Shown piece by piece: positions 36,288 through 47,432 of a DNA stretch of 64,000 nucleotides. The notes beneath the pieces were generated by a model. The model did no database searches, was not told the DNA's origin, and saw only the letters and a list, made by a program, of their open reading frames with translations. Location of the stretch: assembly GCA_963663225.1 (NCBI GenBank), contig OY760142.1, positions 1,152,001 to 1,216,000 of the forward strand, written 5' to 3'. The translations under genes were made by a program, and so were the position numbers. This stretch comes from Nitrospirota bacterium. Lineage in GTDB: Bacteria; Nitrospirota; UBA9217. Every line of letters begins with the position of its first letter. Positions within the stretch are counted from its first letter, which is position 1.

Positions 36288-37368
36288 CCGCGATCACAAT
36301 AAACTTTTACTTCATGGGATAGATACTATCCAATGTGCTTACTTTATGCAACGCTTTAAGGAGATCGGGCTCGACTTTCAACTGCTAATATCGCAAAAGG
36401 AAAAGATCTGTCAATCTAAATACAAAAATCCTCTTCCTATTACGCTTGGTAATTCAGAATTTTTACTTCAACCATACGGCACTAGATCAGGATTTCCACT
36501 AGTGATTTCAAATCAAGATTTCAAAATCGAATTCGGCGAATTTAATAATCCTAATTTCTTCGTGACGTTCAGCAGTCAGGCCCTTTGGCGTGAATCCGCG
36601 TTGTTTCTTCATAATAAGTTTCTAGCATGGGCTAGGTCAGTAGGTTACGGGTCATTCAAGCCTGAAAGCTTGTCTCGTGTTGATTTTTCTTTTGATTATC
36701 ATATACAACATATTGACTTTAATGAAGACTCGTTTATCAGCCGTTCATCTAAGGATAGTCAGTATAGAGAAGATGGAAAAATTCAAACTTTCATGTTCGG
36801 CAAAGGTGATATAGTTTTACGCATTTACGATAAGGTTGCAGAAATAAAACAACAAAGCGACAAAGTCTGGTTTTTTCTTTTATGGGGCAGAGACGATGAC
36901 GTTTGGCGTATCGAATGGCAAGTGAGAAAAAATATACTCCGACGATTTGATATTAAGACTTTTGACGATTTAATTAATCAGCAAGGTGATTTGCTTACCT
37001 ATTTGGCTACTGAACATGACACATTGCGTATTCCGACAGACGACAAAAATGCTTCCCGAGATTGGCCGTTACATCCTCTATGGAAAGACTTGCAAGATAG
37101 AATCAAGGAATTAAGTCATCTTGGCATTTATAAGGTTATTGGAGACAGTGCCATTTTGGAAGAACGCACGATGCGCATGATTATATCTATGTATGGCTAT
37201 TTAAAGCGTATTGCCGCTATTAAATGTATCCAATCAAAACAACCCATGCTTTCGCCTGAGAAAGCATTAAATCATTTTGGCAACATGATCAATAAAATTC
37301 ATGAACCTCTTGATTGGGAAAATGACGTATCGAGACGCATCAAGGAAATGCAACTGGGGAAATGGTAA
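36280..37368 (+). CDS. Rep_trans-family rolling-circle replication initiator / MOBT-like relaxase
   Basis: GIDT, LSRVDFSFD, TFMFG, LRIYDK..E (catalytic Tyr), VWRIEWQ. Confidence 0.8.
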   Translation: MNNRDHNKLLLHGIDTIQCAYFMQRFKEIGLDFQLLISQKEKICQSKYKNPLPITLGNSEFLLQPYGTRSGFPLVISNQDFKIEFGEFNNPNFFVTFSSQALWRESALFLHNKFLAWARSVGYGSFKPESLSRVDFSFDYHIQHIDFNEDSFISRSSKDSQYREDGKIQTFMFGKGDIVLRIYDKVAEIKQQSDKVWFFLLWGRDDDVWRIEWQVRKNILRRFDIKTFDDLINQQGDLLTYLATEHDTLRIPTDDKNASRDWPLHPLWKDLQDRIKELSHLGIYKVIGDSAILEERTMRMIISMYGYLKRIAAIKCIQSKQPMLSPEKALNHFGNMINKIHEPLDWENDVSRRIKEMQLGKW

Positions 37369-37592
37369 CTCTAGATAAAATAGAACAGTTAGTTAAAGTA
37401 CGTCAGAAGAATATTTTGCGCTATATTGAATTATTGGATTTACCGCAAGCGCAGTTTTCTACACTTCGCAAATTACTTTTTGATGAACTGGGTCGGACTG
37501 GACTTATCAAGGAATTAGCTGGGGTTTTAGGTAGTCAGGAACGAAACGGATCGGGCAGGAATATATTGAGCAAAGAAGGCGGTGCACCATGA
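37362..37592 (+). CDS. Small hypothetical protein
   Basis: 76-aa ORF overlapping the rep stop. Confidence 0.6.
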   Translation: MVTLDKIEQLVKVRQKNILRYIELLDLPQAQFSTLRKLLFDELGRTGLIKELAGVLGSQERNGSGRNILSKEGGAP

Positions 37593-37745
37593 TTGGGCAA
37601 GACAAAAAACCGTGAAGAACTTATCATTGATGCTAATATTTCTTTGCCGGATGAAATATCAGCGCCGGAAATTAGATTACTGGAATTTTTTTTCCCGGAA
37701 TTGTTAAAAGACGTTTTGATGCAAGTGGAACAAAATAAGGAGTAA
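37593..37745 (+). CDS. 50-aa acidic ORF immediately upstream of the integrase
   Basis: TTG-started (L/M)GKTKNREELIIDANISLPDEISAPEIRLLEFFFPELLKDVLMQVEQNKE fills the gap exactly. Confidence 0.55.
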   Translation: MGKTKNREELIIDANISLPDEISAPEIRLLEFFFPELLKDVLMQVEQNKE

Positions 37746-37749
37746 AATT

Positions 37750-39418
<1,669 letters not shown>

Positions 39419-39549
39419 ATAGTTTGAAATATGCTAGACTACTAATTTATATTGTCAGGCAGGTATAGATACCACATACAACGGTTTCTGTCAACCAGAT
39501 ATTTTTCTAAAGGAGCAGCATAGGACTAGAGTACACAGCCGTTTTGTTA

Positions 39550-40143
39550 TCAACCTCCCTGTCCTTTTTTCAGCTCCAGAATTACCAATTTTGCGATAGA
39601 TTTAAGGGTATCAAACACTCCCGTGCCTTCAGTTGCTACCGCCTCAAAATCGGGAACTCCGCGCTGATTGAGTGCCATCTTCATTTCACCCAGCGGCACG
39701 ATGTTCGGTAAATCCCGTTTATTGTATTGAATCGTAAATGGCACTTTGTTTAAATCATACCCCTGATCTGCAAGGTTCACCCGCAGGTTTTCTATGCTTT
39801 CTATGTTGGCTTCCATGCGCTCAACCTGGGAATCCGCCACAAAAACAACACCGTCTACACCCTTTAAAATGAGCTTGCGGCTGGCATCATAAAACACCTG
39901 ACCGGGCACGGTGTAAAGATGAAACCTTGTTTTAAAACCCCGTATTTCACCCAGCGCAAGCGGCAAAAAATCGAAAAATAAAGTCCGTTCTGTTTCGGTT
40001 GCAAGGGATATCATCTTGCCCTTGCTGTCAGGGTTGGTTTTTTTATAGATCCATTGCAAATTGGTTGTCTTCCCGCACAAACCGGGACCATAAAAGACTA
40101 TTTTGCAGTTAATTTCTCTCGAGGAATAATTGATAAAGGACAT
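39550..40143 (-). CDS. mglA: Small Ras-like GTPase MglA
   Basis: GPGLCGKTTNL, RTLFFDF, TVPGQ, NKRD. Confidence 0.96.
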   Translation of the reverse strand: MSFINYSSREINCKIVFYGPGLCGKTTNLQWIYKKTNPDSKGKMISLATETERTLFFDFLPLALGEIRGFKTRFHLYTVPGQVFYDASRKLILKGVDGVVFVADSQVERMEANIESIENLRVNLADQGYDLNKVPFTIQYNKRDLPNIVPLGEMKMALNQRGVPDFEAVATEGTGVFDTLKSIAKLVILELKKGQGG

Positions 40144-40193
40144 GGACCGAAGTTCCTCTCCTTAAGCGTTCAGAAAACTGTGCGGTTGGACGA

Positions 40194-40688
40194 CTACCCA
40201 AAAAGTTTATCAATATCTTCATCAGTTATCTCGGCAAAGGGAGATTCTACACCCTTATCTGCTCCTTTTTCTGATTCTACTTTTTGAAGAAGATGGCCAA
40301 ATATACTGCCGAGCGATTCAGTGGTCTTCTTCACTCGAAGCCGGACAAGCCCGAGTGATGAGCGCTGGTCGAAAATAACCACCAGGATGACGCGCTGGCC
40401 GATGATGGAAATGTGAATGTTATCGCGCTGGCCTTCATGGAAAAGAATCGAAAATTCTTTTTCTCCCAGCAGTTTCGCCATGCCGCCGGTGGCTGCGATA
40501 TTCCCGGCCGTCAGTGATGCAAGAGACGTTGTATCCAGGTTGTCGGTCTCGCCGGTAGCTGCAATGAGCTGGCCGTTCTTATCGACAAGAAAGACAACTT
40601 TAGCGTTCGCTTGCTGAAGAAGACGCTGAAGTTCCGCGTCTATTTGCTTAAATTCTTCTTCGTACATTACCAAATCGGAGCCCAGCAT
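40194..40688 (-). CDS. mglB: Roadblock-domain protein MglB
   Basis: LVDKNGQ, SLASLTAGN, LGLVRLR, EITDEDIDKLF. Confidence 0.95.
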   Translation of the reverse strand: MLGSDLVMYEEEFKQIDAELQRLLQQANAKVVFLVDKNGQLIAATGETDNLDTTSLASLTAGNIAATGGMAKLLGEKEFSILFHEGQRDNIHISIIGQRVILVVIFDQRSSLGLVRLRVKKTTESLGSIFGHLLQKVESEKGADKGVESPFAEITDEDIDKLFG

Positions 40689-40790
40689 GTTTACCTCTCC
40701 TTGTTCAATAATACCTCGGTACCTCTTTGCGGCTGGAGGTAATTAAAGCATACTGCTTACCGGATTTCAAGCTTTATTTGTCGACGGCAA

Positions 40791-40822
40791 AGAAAATAGC
40801 CGGGTGAAAAAGCACCCGGCTA
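40791..40822 (-). terminator. Terminator after porB
   Basis: tagccgggtg-N6-cacccggcta with T tail on minus strand. Confidence 0.75.
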
Positions 40823-40848
40823 GATATTCTTTTCTGAAAGAAATTTTA

Positions 40849-41808
40849 TTAGCTTTTGGACATTGTCTGCAGCTTCTGGAGGAATGCCCATTCTTCATCA
40901 ATCATTTTCTGGAAGTCCGTAAGCATTGCCTCGTTTCCGGGGGCAAACATGTTTCTGAACCGGCCCTGGGGCTTCAAGAAGTCAACAAGGGGTTTCTTCT
41001 TATCTTTGGGGTCGTAGTTGATGGTGAACTTTTTGCCCTTGTCTTCCACTTCATACAGCGGCCAGTAGCAGGTATCAACAGCCAGCCGTGACATCATGAT
41101 TGAGTCGTTCAGCTGAGTTCTCCAACCGCGGTTGCAGGGGGAGATGATTCCGATGTACGCCGGGCCGTTGCTTGCGATTGCCTTCCGGACCTTGGTCATG
41201 AGGTCTTTCCAGTTGCTCGGTGACGCCTGCGCTGCATACGCACCGTGTGCTGCCATAATGCGGGTCAGGTCTTTTCTGCGCTGGGGTTTTCCTCTGACAA
41301 TTTCGCCGACCGGGCAGGTGGATGTATCTGCGCCGAAGGGCGTCGCGCTGGAGCGCTGAATACCGGTATTCATGTAGGCGCCGTTGTCATAGCAGATGTA
41401 CAGCAGCTGGTCGCCGCGCTCCATGGCGCCGGAAAGTGACTGGAAACCGATATCATAGGTTCCGCCATCGCCACCCCATGCAATAAACTTTGTATTGCCT
41501 TTGATCTTGCCTTGTTTTTTCAATGAGCGGAACATTGCTTCCATACCGGAGGCAGTCGCTGCCGAGTTCTCGAAAGCGCTGTGCAGCCAGGGCATCTTCC
41601 AGGATGTATAGGGGAAGATGCAGGACGAAACTTCAAGGCAACCCGTAGCATTGGCCGCGATTACCGGCTCATCAATAGCCATCAGGACCTGCCGTACGAT
41701 GGTTGGCGCACCACAACCTGCACACATACGGTGTCCGCTCGCAAATCTTTCCTTCTTTTTTGACAGCGCTTTTAGCGTCAGGGGTGTTTCCTGTGTCTCT
41801 GTGCTCAT
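40849..41808 (-). CDS. porB: Pyruvate/2-oxoacid:ferredoxin oxidoreductase beta subunit
   Basis: GHRMCAGC, GGDGG..DIG, YDNGAYMNTG. Confidence 0.92.
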   Translation of the reverse strand: MSTETQETPLTLKALSKKKERFASGHRMCAGCGAPTIVRQVLMAIDEPVIAANATGCLEVSSCIFPYTSWKMPWLHSAFENSAATASGMEAMFRSLKKQGKIKGNTKFIAWGGDGGTYDIGFQSLSGAMERGDQLLYICYDNGAYMNTGIQRSSATPFGADTSTCPVGEIVRGKPQRRKDLTRIMAAHGAYAAQASPSNWKDLMTKVRKAIASNGPAYIGIISPCNRGWRTQLNDSIMMSRLAVDTCYWPLYEVEDKGKKFTINYDPKDKKKPLVDFLKPQGRFRNMFAPGNEAMLTDFQKMIDEEWAFLQKLQTMSKS

Positions 41809-41880
41809 GTCATTATCTCCTTAGCTTCTTGGACGGGATATCTGGAAGAATAATTCCTCCCGAATCCTGTCAAAAAGAAT

Positions 41881-43071
41881 TTAGTTTCTCACCGTTATGT
41901 AGTCTTTTACGAGTTTAACCTTGCCGGTTTTTGCCACTTCAACCAGTTCATCAAGCACCTGGTCAGCATCATGGGGCATATAATCCCTACCGCCGAGCCC
42001 GTAAATCTTGTTGAAGAGCACGGGGCCTTGACGATGCGGCTGAACAGCCGAAGCAATTTCCATAAAGGTTGGGCCGTAACCGCCATAGGAATCAGCGCGA
42101 TCCAAAACGCAAACCGCCTTAGCATTCTTCAGAGCTTCACCCACTTCTTCGTAAGGGAATGGTCTGAATACGCGAATTTTCATAAGCCCGGCCTTCACGC
42201 CTTTTTCTCTGTATTTGTCGACCTGGTCCTTGGTCGTGCCTGCTGCCGATCCGACGGCAACGATAACCACTTCAGCATCTTCAAGACGATAGCTTTCAAA
42301 CACATCATATTTTCTGCCGGAAATCTTGGCAAAATCAGCAAACACGTCTTTCATGACCTTTTTTGCCTTCATCATGGCTTCCTGCTCAGCGCGTTTATGC
42401 TCAATGTAGTAGTCCTGCAGCACAAGGGCGCCATAGCTTCTGGGATGCTCGACGTCAAGCATCGGCTCCATGCTCTTGTACTCACCCACGAATTTTTTCA
42501 CGACATCATCGGTAAGATACTGCATGGTCATAATGGAATGGCTGGTAATGAAGCCGTCCAGGCCGACCATGATCGGAAGCCGCACTTCTTTATTTTCACC
42601 CATCACAAATGCCATGACGGTGTTGTCATACGCTTCCTGGGCATTCTCTGAATAGAGCTGAATCCATCCGCAATCGCGTGCGCCCATGCCGTCAGAATGG
42701 TCACCGTGAATATTGATGGGACCGGAAAGGGCACGGTTTACGACTGTCAGGAGAATCGGTAGCCTGAAGCCTGATGCGATGTGAAGCATTTCCCACATCA
42801 GGGCCAGACCCTGGGAGCTCGTTGCCGTAGCAACACGGCCGCCTGCTGCTGCTGCACCAATGCAGGCGCTCATGGCGCTGTGTTCGCTCTCCGCGAGGAC
42901 GACTTCAGTGTTCACCTTTCCGTCGGATACAAATTTTGTATACTGCTGCATGATTTCCGTTGACGGAGTGATCGGATATGCTGCCATGACGTCGGGGTTC
43001 AACTGGCGGAGCGCCTCCGCGACGGCAGTGTTGCCTGTAACCGCGACTGTCTTAGTTGATGTTACGGCCAT
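41881..43071 (-). CDS. porA: Pyruvate/2-oxoacid:ferredoxin oxidoreductase alpha subunit
   Basis: AYPITP, ESEHSAMS, TSSQGL, FRPFP. Confidence 0.92.
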   Translation of the reverse strand: MAVTSTKTVAVTGNTAVAEALRQLNPDVMAAYPITPSTEIMQQYTKFVSDGKVNTEVVLAESEHSAMSACIGAAAAGGRVATATSSQGLALMWEMLHIASGFRLPILLTVVNRALSGPINIHGDHSDGMGARDCGWIQLYSENAQEAYDNTVMAFVMGENKEVRLPIMVGLDGFITSHSIMTMQYLTDDVVKKFVGEYKSMEPMLDVEHPRSYGALVLQDYYIEHKRAEQEAMMKAKKVMKDVFADFAKISGRKYDVFESYRLEDAEVVIVAVGSAAGTTKDQVDKYREKGVKAGLMKIRVFRPFPYEEVGEALKNAKAVCVLDRADSYGGYGPTFMEIASAVQPHRQGPVLFNKIYGLGGRDYMPHDADQVLDELVEVAKTGKVKLVKDYITVRN

Positions 43072-43072
43072 G

Positions 43073-43366
43073 TTATTTTCCCTCCTCTTCCATGACGATT
43101 GCTTTGTTGCCTTTTTTCCCGGGGCACTCCAGGGCGCATACGCCGCAGCCCTTGCAGTAATTGTAGTTGATGCCGGTCATCTTTTCGTTTTCAACGTTGA
43201 TTGAAAGATCCGGGCAGTACACCCAGCAAAACAGGCACTGAATGCAGTTTTCCTGGATCCAGCGCGGTTTCAGTGTACGCCAGGAACCTGTTTCATATTG
43301 CTCGGAGTTTCCTGCATCCTTGATAACTCCACCCAATGGTAGTTCTTTCCAGTTCATCTGTTTCAT
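43073..43366 (-). CDS. porD: Oxidoreductase delta subunit (2x[4Fe-4S])
   Basis: TGSWR..KP, CIQCLFCWVYCP, CKGCGVCALECP. Confidence 0.92.
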   Translation of the reverse strand: MKQMNWKELPLGGVIKDAGNSEQYETGSWRTLKPRWIQENCIQCLFCWVYCPDLSINVENEKMTGINYNYCKGCGVCALECPGKKGNKAIVMEEEGK

Positions 43367-43938
43367 CCCTGCTTTACCTCCTCAAAACCGCGCTTCGCTG
43401 CGGTGAGATTTGCGTCGATAACCTTCTGCGCAAACTTCTTTCCAAAGCTGCCTTTCACTTCCTCTATCAAGCTGTCAATACCCAGAAGACCCGATGCCTT
43501 GGTAAGCGCGCCGAGCATGGGTGTATTCGGCATGGGCCTGCCGATGGTCTCAACTGATATCTTCGTTGCATCAACCGTGAAAATCTTCTGGGAAGCCTTT
43601 GCTTTGAGTTTCTCCCGGACTTCCTTCGGAGTTTTGGACGTATTGACTACAAAAACAGCGTCGTCCGATGCGCCTTCGGCAACGTTAATTGCATCGAGGA
43701 GCGTTGCGTCTGCCACTGCCACCACGTTTGGGTACAATACCGGACAATGCATCCGGAGCTCACCCGAGCTGATCCGATTATACGCACGAAGCGGTGCACC
43801 TGCGCGCTCCGGGCCATATTCTGGGAATGCCTGCACGTGACGACCGCCGCTCAGACATGCGTCGGCGAACACCTTGGCTGCCGTAACCGTGCCCTGGCCG
43901 CCCCTTCCGTGCCACCTTACTTCTACCATTTCTGCCAT
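43363..43938 (-). CDS. porC: Oxidoreductase gamma subunit
   Basis: HGRGGQG, FPEYGPERAGAP, PNTPMLGA. Confidence 0.92.
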   Translation of the reverse strand: MAEMVEVRWHGRGGQGTVTAAKVFADACLSGGRHVQAFPEYGPERAGAPLRAYNRISSGELRMHCPVLYPNVVAVADATLLDAINVAEGASDDAVFVVNTSKTPKEVREKLKAKASQKIFTVDATKISVETIGRPMPNTPMLGALTKASGLLGIDSLIEEVKGSFGKKFAQKVIDANLTAAKRGFEEVKQG

Positions 43939-44063
43939 TCTGATTACCTCCTCCTCTTCGAATTAATTTAATGTAAAATAAGACAAAATCTGCTGAATAC
44001 AAGCCGGTGCCCAACCCAGCTGCTACTCCGCTGATTCTGTCAGCAAAACGTTTTTATCACGCA

Positions 44064-45146
44064 TTACATCTCCCGCCGTCCTTCAAGCGCCCGCTGTACC
44101 GTATTCTCGTCCGCATATTCAATATCTCCCCCAACCGGGAGGCCGTATGCGATCCGGCTGACGCTGATGCCGAGCGGCTTGATAAGTTTCGACAGGTACA
44201 AGGCCGTCGTTTCCCCTTTTACCGTGGGATTCGTGGCAAGAATAACTTCCTTTACGCCGTTTGTTTTCAGCCGTTCTATAAGACCGGTGATTTTAAGATC
44301 GTCAGGACCGACTCCGTCGAGAGGAGCAATAGCGCCCATAATGGCATGATAGCGTCCCCTGAATATCCCGGTTTTTTCCAGAATAAGAATATTACTCGGC
44401 TCTTCGACTACGCAAATGCGGGTGCTGTCCCGTTTTTCATCACGGCAGATACTGCAAATTTCTTCTTCCGTGATATTATTGCAAACGGAGCAATACCGGC
44501 TGTTGTTCTTCAGATCCTGAATCGCCTGCGCGATCCCGGCAGCATCATCGTACGACATGCTGAGAATGGCAAAGGAAAGCCTCTCTGCGCTTTTTCTGCC
44601 GATGCCGGGGAGCTTCATGAAGGCCTCGACCATTTTACCGAGCGCCTGGCCCGAAACTTCGGCAGCCTGTGTTCCGTGTTGCTTGTGCTCCTGCCGGCCT
44701 TTGTTTGTTGCGACGCTCTTTGTCTTAATGATCATTTTCAGATTAGTTCCCTTGCCGACTTCTGATGAAATATAAAAAAGGTCGGAGTAGTTCTTAATAT
44801 TGCACAACCCCATTCCGGCTCCAAAACCCATGTCTCTGACTTTCTGGGTCGCCGTTGACCATCCAGGCTGCATGGCAAGTTCAATATCTGGAATTCCCGG
44901 TCCTTCATCAATCGCCTCGACCACGATGCGGTCAGGAACAACACAGAGACGAATAATCCCCTTTCGAGCGTAAGAAACAATATTTATTTCAGACTCGTAG
45001 GCTACGAGAACCGCTCTTCGCACCACGTCGTGTGAAAAGCCGTGGTGCCTTAAAACCGTTTTAATATTTCTCGCTGCCTTTCCGGCATGATCAAAATTAT
45101 CGCCGACAACCGCAAATGCGTTTTCGTACAGGGGCCTGTCATTCAC
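44064..45146 (-). CDS. recR: Fusion: RsbT-like Ser/Thr kinase/anti-sigma (GHKL) domain + recombination mediator RecR
   Basis: N-half: YESEIN, DEGPGI, GFGAGMGL; C-half: LPGIGRKSAERL, C4 Zn finger, Toprim, GGDIEYAD; no stop between. Confidence 0.88.
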   Translation of the reverse strand: MNDRPLYENAFAVVGDNFDHAGKAARNIKTVLRHHGFSHDVVRRAVLVAYESEINIVSYARKGIIRLCVVPDRIVVEAIDEGPGIPDIELAMQPGWSTATQKVRDMGFGAGMGLCNIKNYSDLFYISSEVGKGTNLKMIIKTKSVATNKGRQEHKQHGTQAAEVSGQALGKMVEAFMKLPGIGRKSAERLSFAILSMSYDDAAGIAQAIQDLKNNSRYCSVCNNITEEEICSICRDEKRDSTRICVVEEPSNILILEKTGIFRGRYHAIMGAIAPLDGVGPDDLKITGLIERLKTNGVKEVILATNPTVKGETTALYLSKLIKPLGISVSRIAYGLPVGGDIEYADENTVQRALEGRREM

Positions 45147-45154
45147 GAGAGTGT

Positions 45155-45520
45155 CTATTTACCTTCCACTTTTTCTATGCAGCCGCGGAACCCTTTGCTG
45201 TAAAGCCTTCCACAAATCTCAAAAAGAATATACTTTGTACTGAGAACGGGAATGTTCAATTCCTCCGCCAACTGAAGCGACTCATAGGGAAGTTTTTTAC
45301 CCCTGCCCAGAAGAACAGCCGCAATATCGAGGACATCAGCCGTTCTCAATACCTGCGGATTTGTTAATCCGGTTATCAAAAGAGTGCCGGTCGATGCAAA
45401 CGCAAGCACATCGCTCATAAGATCTGCAACAAATGCGTTTGACACCTCGATGTGATCAAGCCGGTCTTCGCCGACGAGTACTTCCGCGTCAAGAAAATCT
45501 TTAATGTCACGGAGCTTCAC
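45155..45520 (-). CDS. DRTGG-domain protein (hydrogenase-operon associated)
   Basis: ADLMSDVLA, LLITGLTNPQ; GTG start with GGAG. Confidence 0.85.
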   Translation of the reverse strand: MKLRDIKDFLDAEVLVGEDRLDHIEVSNAFVADLMSDVLAFASTGTLLITGLTNPQVLRTADVLDIAAVLLGRGKKLPYESLQLAEELNIPVLSTKYILFEICGRLYSKGFRGCIEKVEGK

Positions 45521-45559
45521 CGCACTCTCCTGCCATACATTTCAACGATGTTTTTTCTC

Positions 45560-47356
45560 CTAGTGTCCTGATGCCTTCTTCGGCTCACATCCGCCAAGCA
45601 CGACGTCTTTATGAGGCAGCTCCGTTCCCCGTTCAGTATAATGGGTGTGAAGCAGCTCATGTGACTTGTGGCCCAATGGTTTTTTCAGGAAAACATCGTA
45701 TACTTTTTTGATAGAGGGATTTTCGTGCGACTGACGGTATTTCTGGACCGAACCGTCATCCGCGTACAAACCGCCCGCGCGGCACTGCCTGATTTCGTTG
45801 GTCGTCGGCAGAGGACCGCCGCCGCCGCCGATGCAACCGCCCGGACAGGTCATGACTTCGATAAATGCATAGGGTGATTTTCCCTCCCGCACCTGGTCCA
45901 ACAGCTTGCGGGCGTTCGCCAAACCGTGTGCGACAGCCACAGAAACCGGCCCCAACTCGCCCACAGGAAGCGTTGCCGCTTTAACGCCGTCCAGACCGCG
46001 GACGGGAGTCACATTCAAGTCTTGCAGGTTTTTCCCGGTCACCACGGCATACACGGTGCGAAGGGCGGCTTCCATAACGCCTCCGGTCGTCCCGAAAATG
46101 GTTCCTGCACCAGTGTATTCGCCCATGGGGGCATCGTAGTCTTCGTCTTTGAGATTTACGAAATCGATGCCGGCTTCCTTAATCATCCGTGCAAGTTCGC
46201 GGGTCGTGAGAACATAGTCTACGTCGCGGTATCCGCTGCTGCACATCTCAGGTCTCTTCGCCTCAAACTTTTTGGCAGTGCAGGGCATGATGGAAACGGA
46301 GACAATATTTTTCGGATCGATGCCGGCGGTTTCGGCGTAGTAGGTTTTTACCATGGCGCCGAACATCATCTGCGGAGACTTGCAGGTTGACAGGTGAGGA
46401 AGCAGATCCGGGTAAAAGTGTTCGCAGAACTTGATCCAACCCGGCGAGCAGGAGGTGATCATGGGAAGCTTCCCGCCTTCTTTGACGCGCTGCAGAAGCT
46501 CGTTCCCTTCCTCGATAATAGTAAGGTCCGCGGTAAAATTCGTATCGAACACCTTGTGGAACCCGAGTTTCCTGAGTGCGGCGATCATTTTTCCGGTCAC
46601 CAGCGAACCCGCGGGCATTCCGAATTCCTCGCCCAGCGTGACACGGACGGCCGGTGCTTCCTGAACAACAATATGCTTGGTTGGATCCTGAAGTGCTTTC
46701 CAAACTTCGTTGACATCGTCTTTTTCGTACAGCGCACCGACGGGGCATGCCATTATGCACTGTCCGCAGGCAATACAGTTTGTTTCCAGCAAGGGGAGAT
46801 CAAACGCGGGTATCACCTTGGCGTTGCTTCCTCGAAACGCTGGAGTCAACACGCTCACCGTCTGGACCTTTTCGCAAACGGCAACGCACCGGTGGCAGTT
46901 GATGCACTTTCTGGTGTCGCGTACAATGGAAGGGCTGGATTCGTCAATCGCCCCTTCTTTCGGAAACGCGGGAATATCGAACCTCACATCACGCACGCCC
47001 GTGTATTCCGCGACCTTCTGGAGTTCGCAATTGCCGTTTCTGATGCAGTAGTTGCATTCCGTCGGGTGATTGGCCAGAAGAAGCTCCACCACCATTTTGC
47101 GAGCATTGCGCACCGCTTCGGTTGTCGTTCGCACGACCATTCCTTCGGAAACGGGAAAAACACATGATGCAACATGGCCCCGCTGGCCCTGCACATCCAC
47201 CAGGCAAACACGGCAGGCGCCCGGCGTATGACCGAGTTCTTGTGACGCGCACAGGGTAGGAATCCTGATTCCTGCTTTTTTCGCAGCTTCCAGGATGGTA
47301 GTGCCCGGCTCTACCGCAACTTTGATATTGTCAATGGTTAAGTTAACTAAAGACAT
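45560..47356 (-). CDS. hydA: Group A [FeFe]-hydrogenase catalytic subunit
   Basis: TSCSPGW, MPCTAKKFE, EVMTCPGGCIGGGG; N-terminal [2Fe-2S], His-ligated and 2x[4Fe-4S] motifs. Confidence 0.96.
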   Translation of the reverse strand: MSLVNLTIDNIKVAVEPGTTILEAAKKAGIRIPTLCASQELGHTPGACRVCLVDVQGQRGHVASCVFPVSEGMVVRTTTEAVRNARKMVVELLLANHPTECNYCIRNGNCELQKVAEYTGVRDVRFDIPAFPKEGAIDESSPSIVRDTRKCINCHRCVAVCEKVQTVSVLTPAFRGSNAKVIPAFDLPLLETNCIACGQCIMACPVGALYEKDDVNEVWKALQDPTKHIVVQEAPAVRVTLGEEFGMPAGSLVTGKMIAALRKLGFHKVFDTNFTADLTIIEEGNELLQRVKEGGKLPMITSCSPGWIKFCEHFYPDLLPHLSTCKSPQMMFGAMVKTYYAETAGIDPKNIVSVSIMPCTAKKFEAKRPEMCSSGYRDVDYVLTTRELARMIKEAGIDFVNLKDEDYDAPMGEYTGAGTIFGTTGGVMEAALRTVYAVVTGKNLQDLNVTPVRGLDGVKAATLPVGELGPVSVAVAHGLANARKLLDQVREGKSPYAFIEVMTCPGGCIGGGGGPLPTTNEIRQCRAGGLYADDGSVQKYRQSHENPSIKKVYDVFLKKPLGHKSHELLHTHYTERGTELPHKDVVLGGCEPKKASGH

Positions 47357-47432
47357 ACATTCCTCCGTTTTTAGGCGGACGCTGTTTTAAAGCAGCGTCC
47401 GTCGCAATTCAGTAGTGGTAAAAACTAACTCC

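Noticed and set aside
43995-44015. sigma54-like GGCAC...TTGT upstream of porC
   Set aside because: Spacing one base short and the -12 GC is absent
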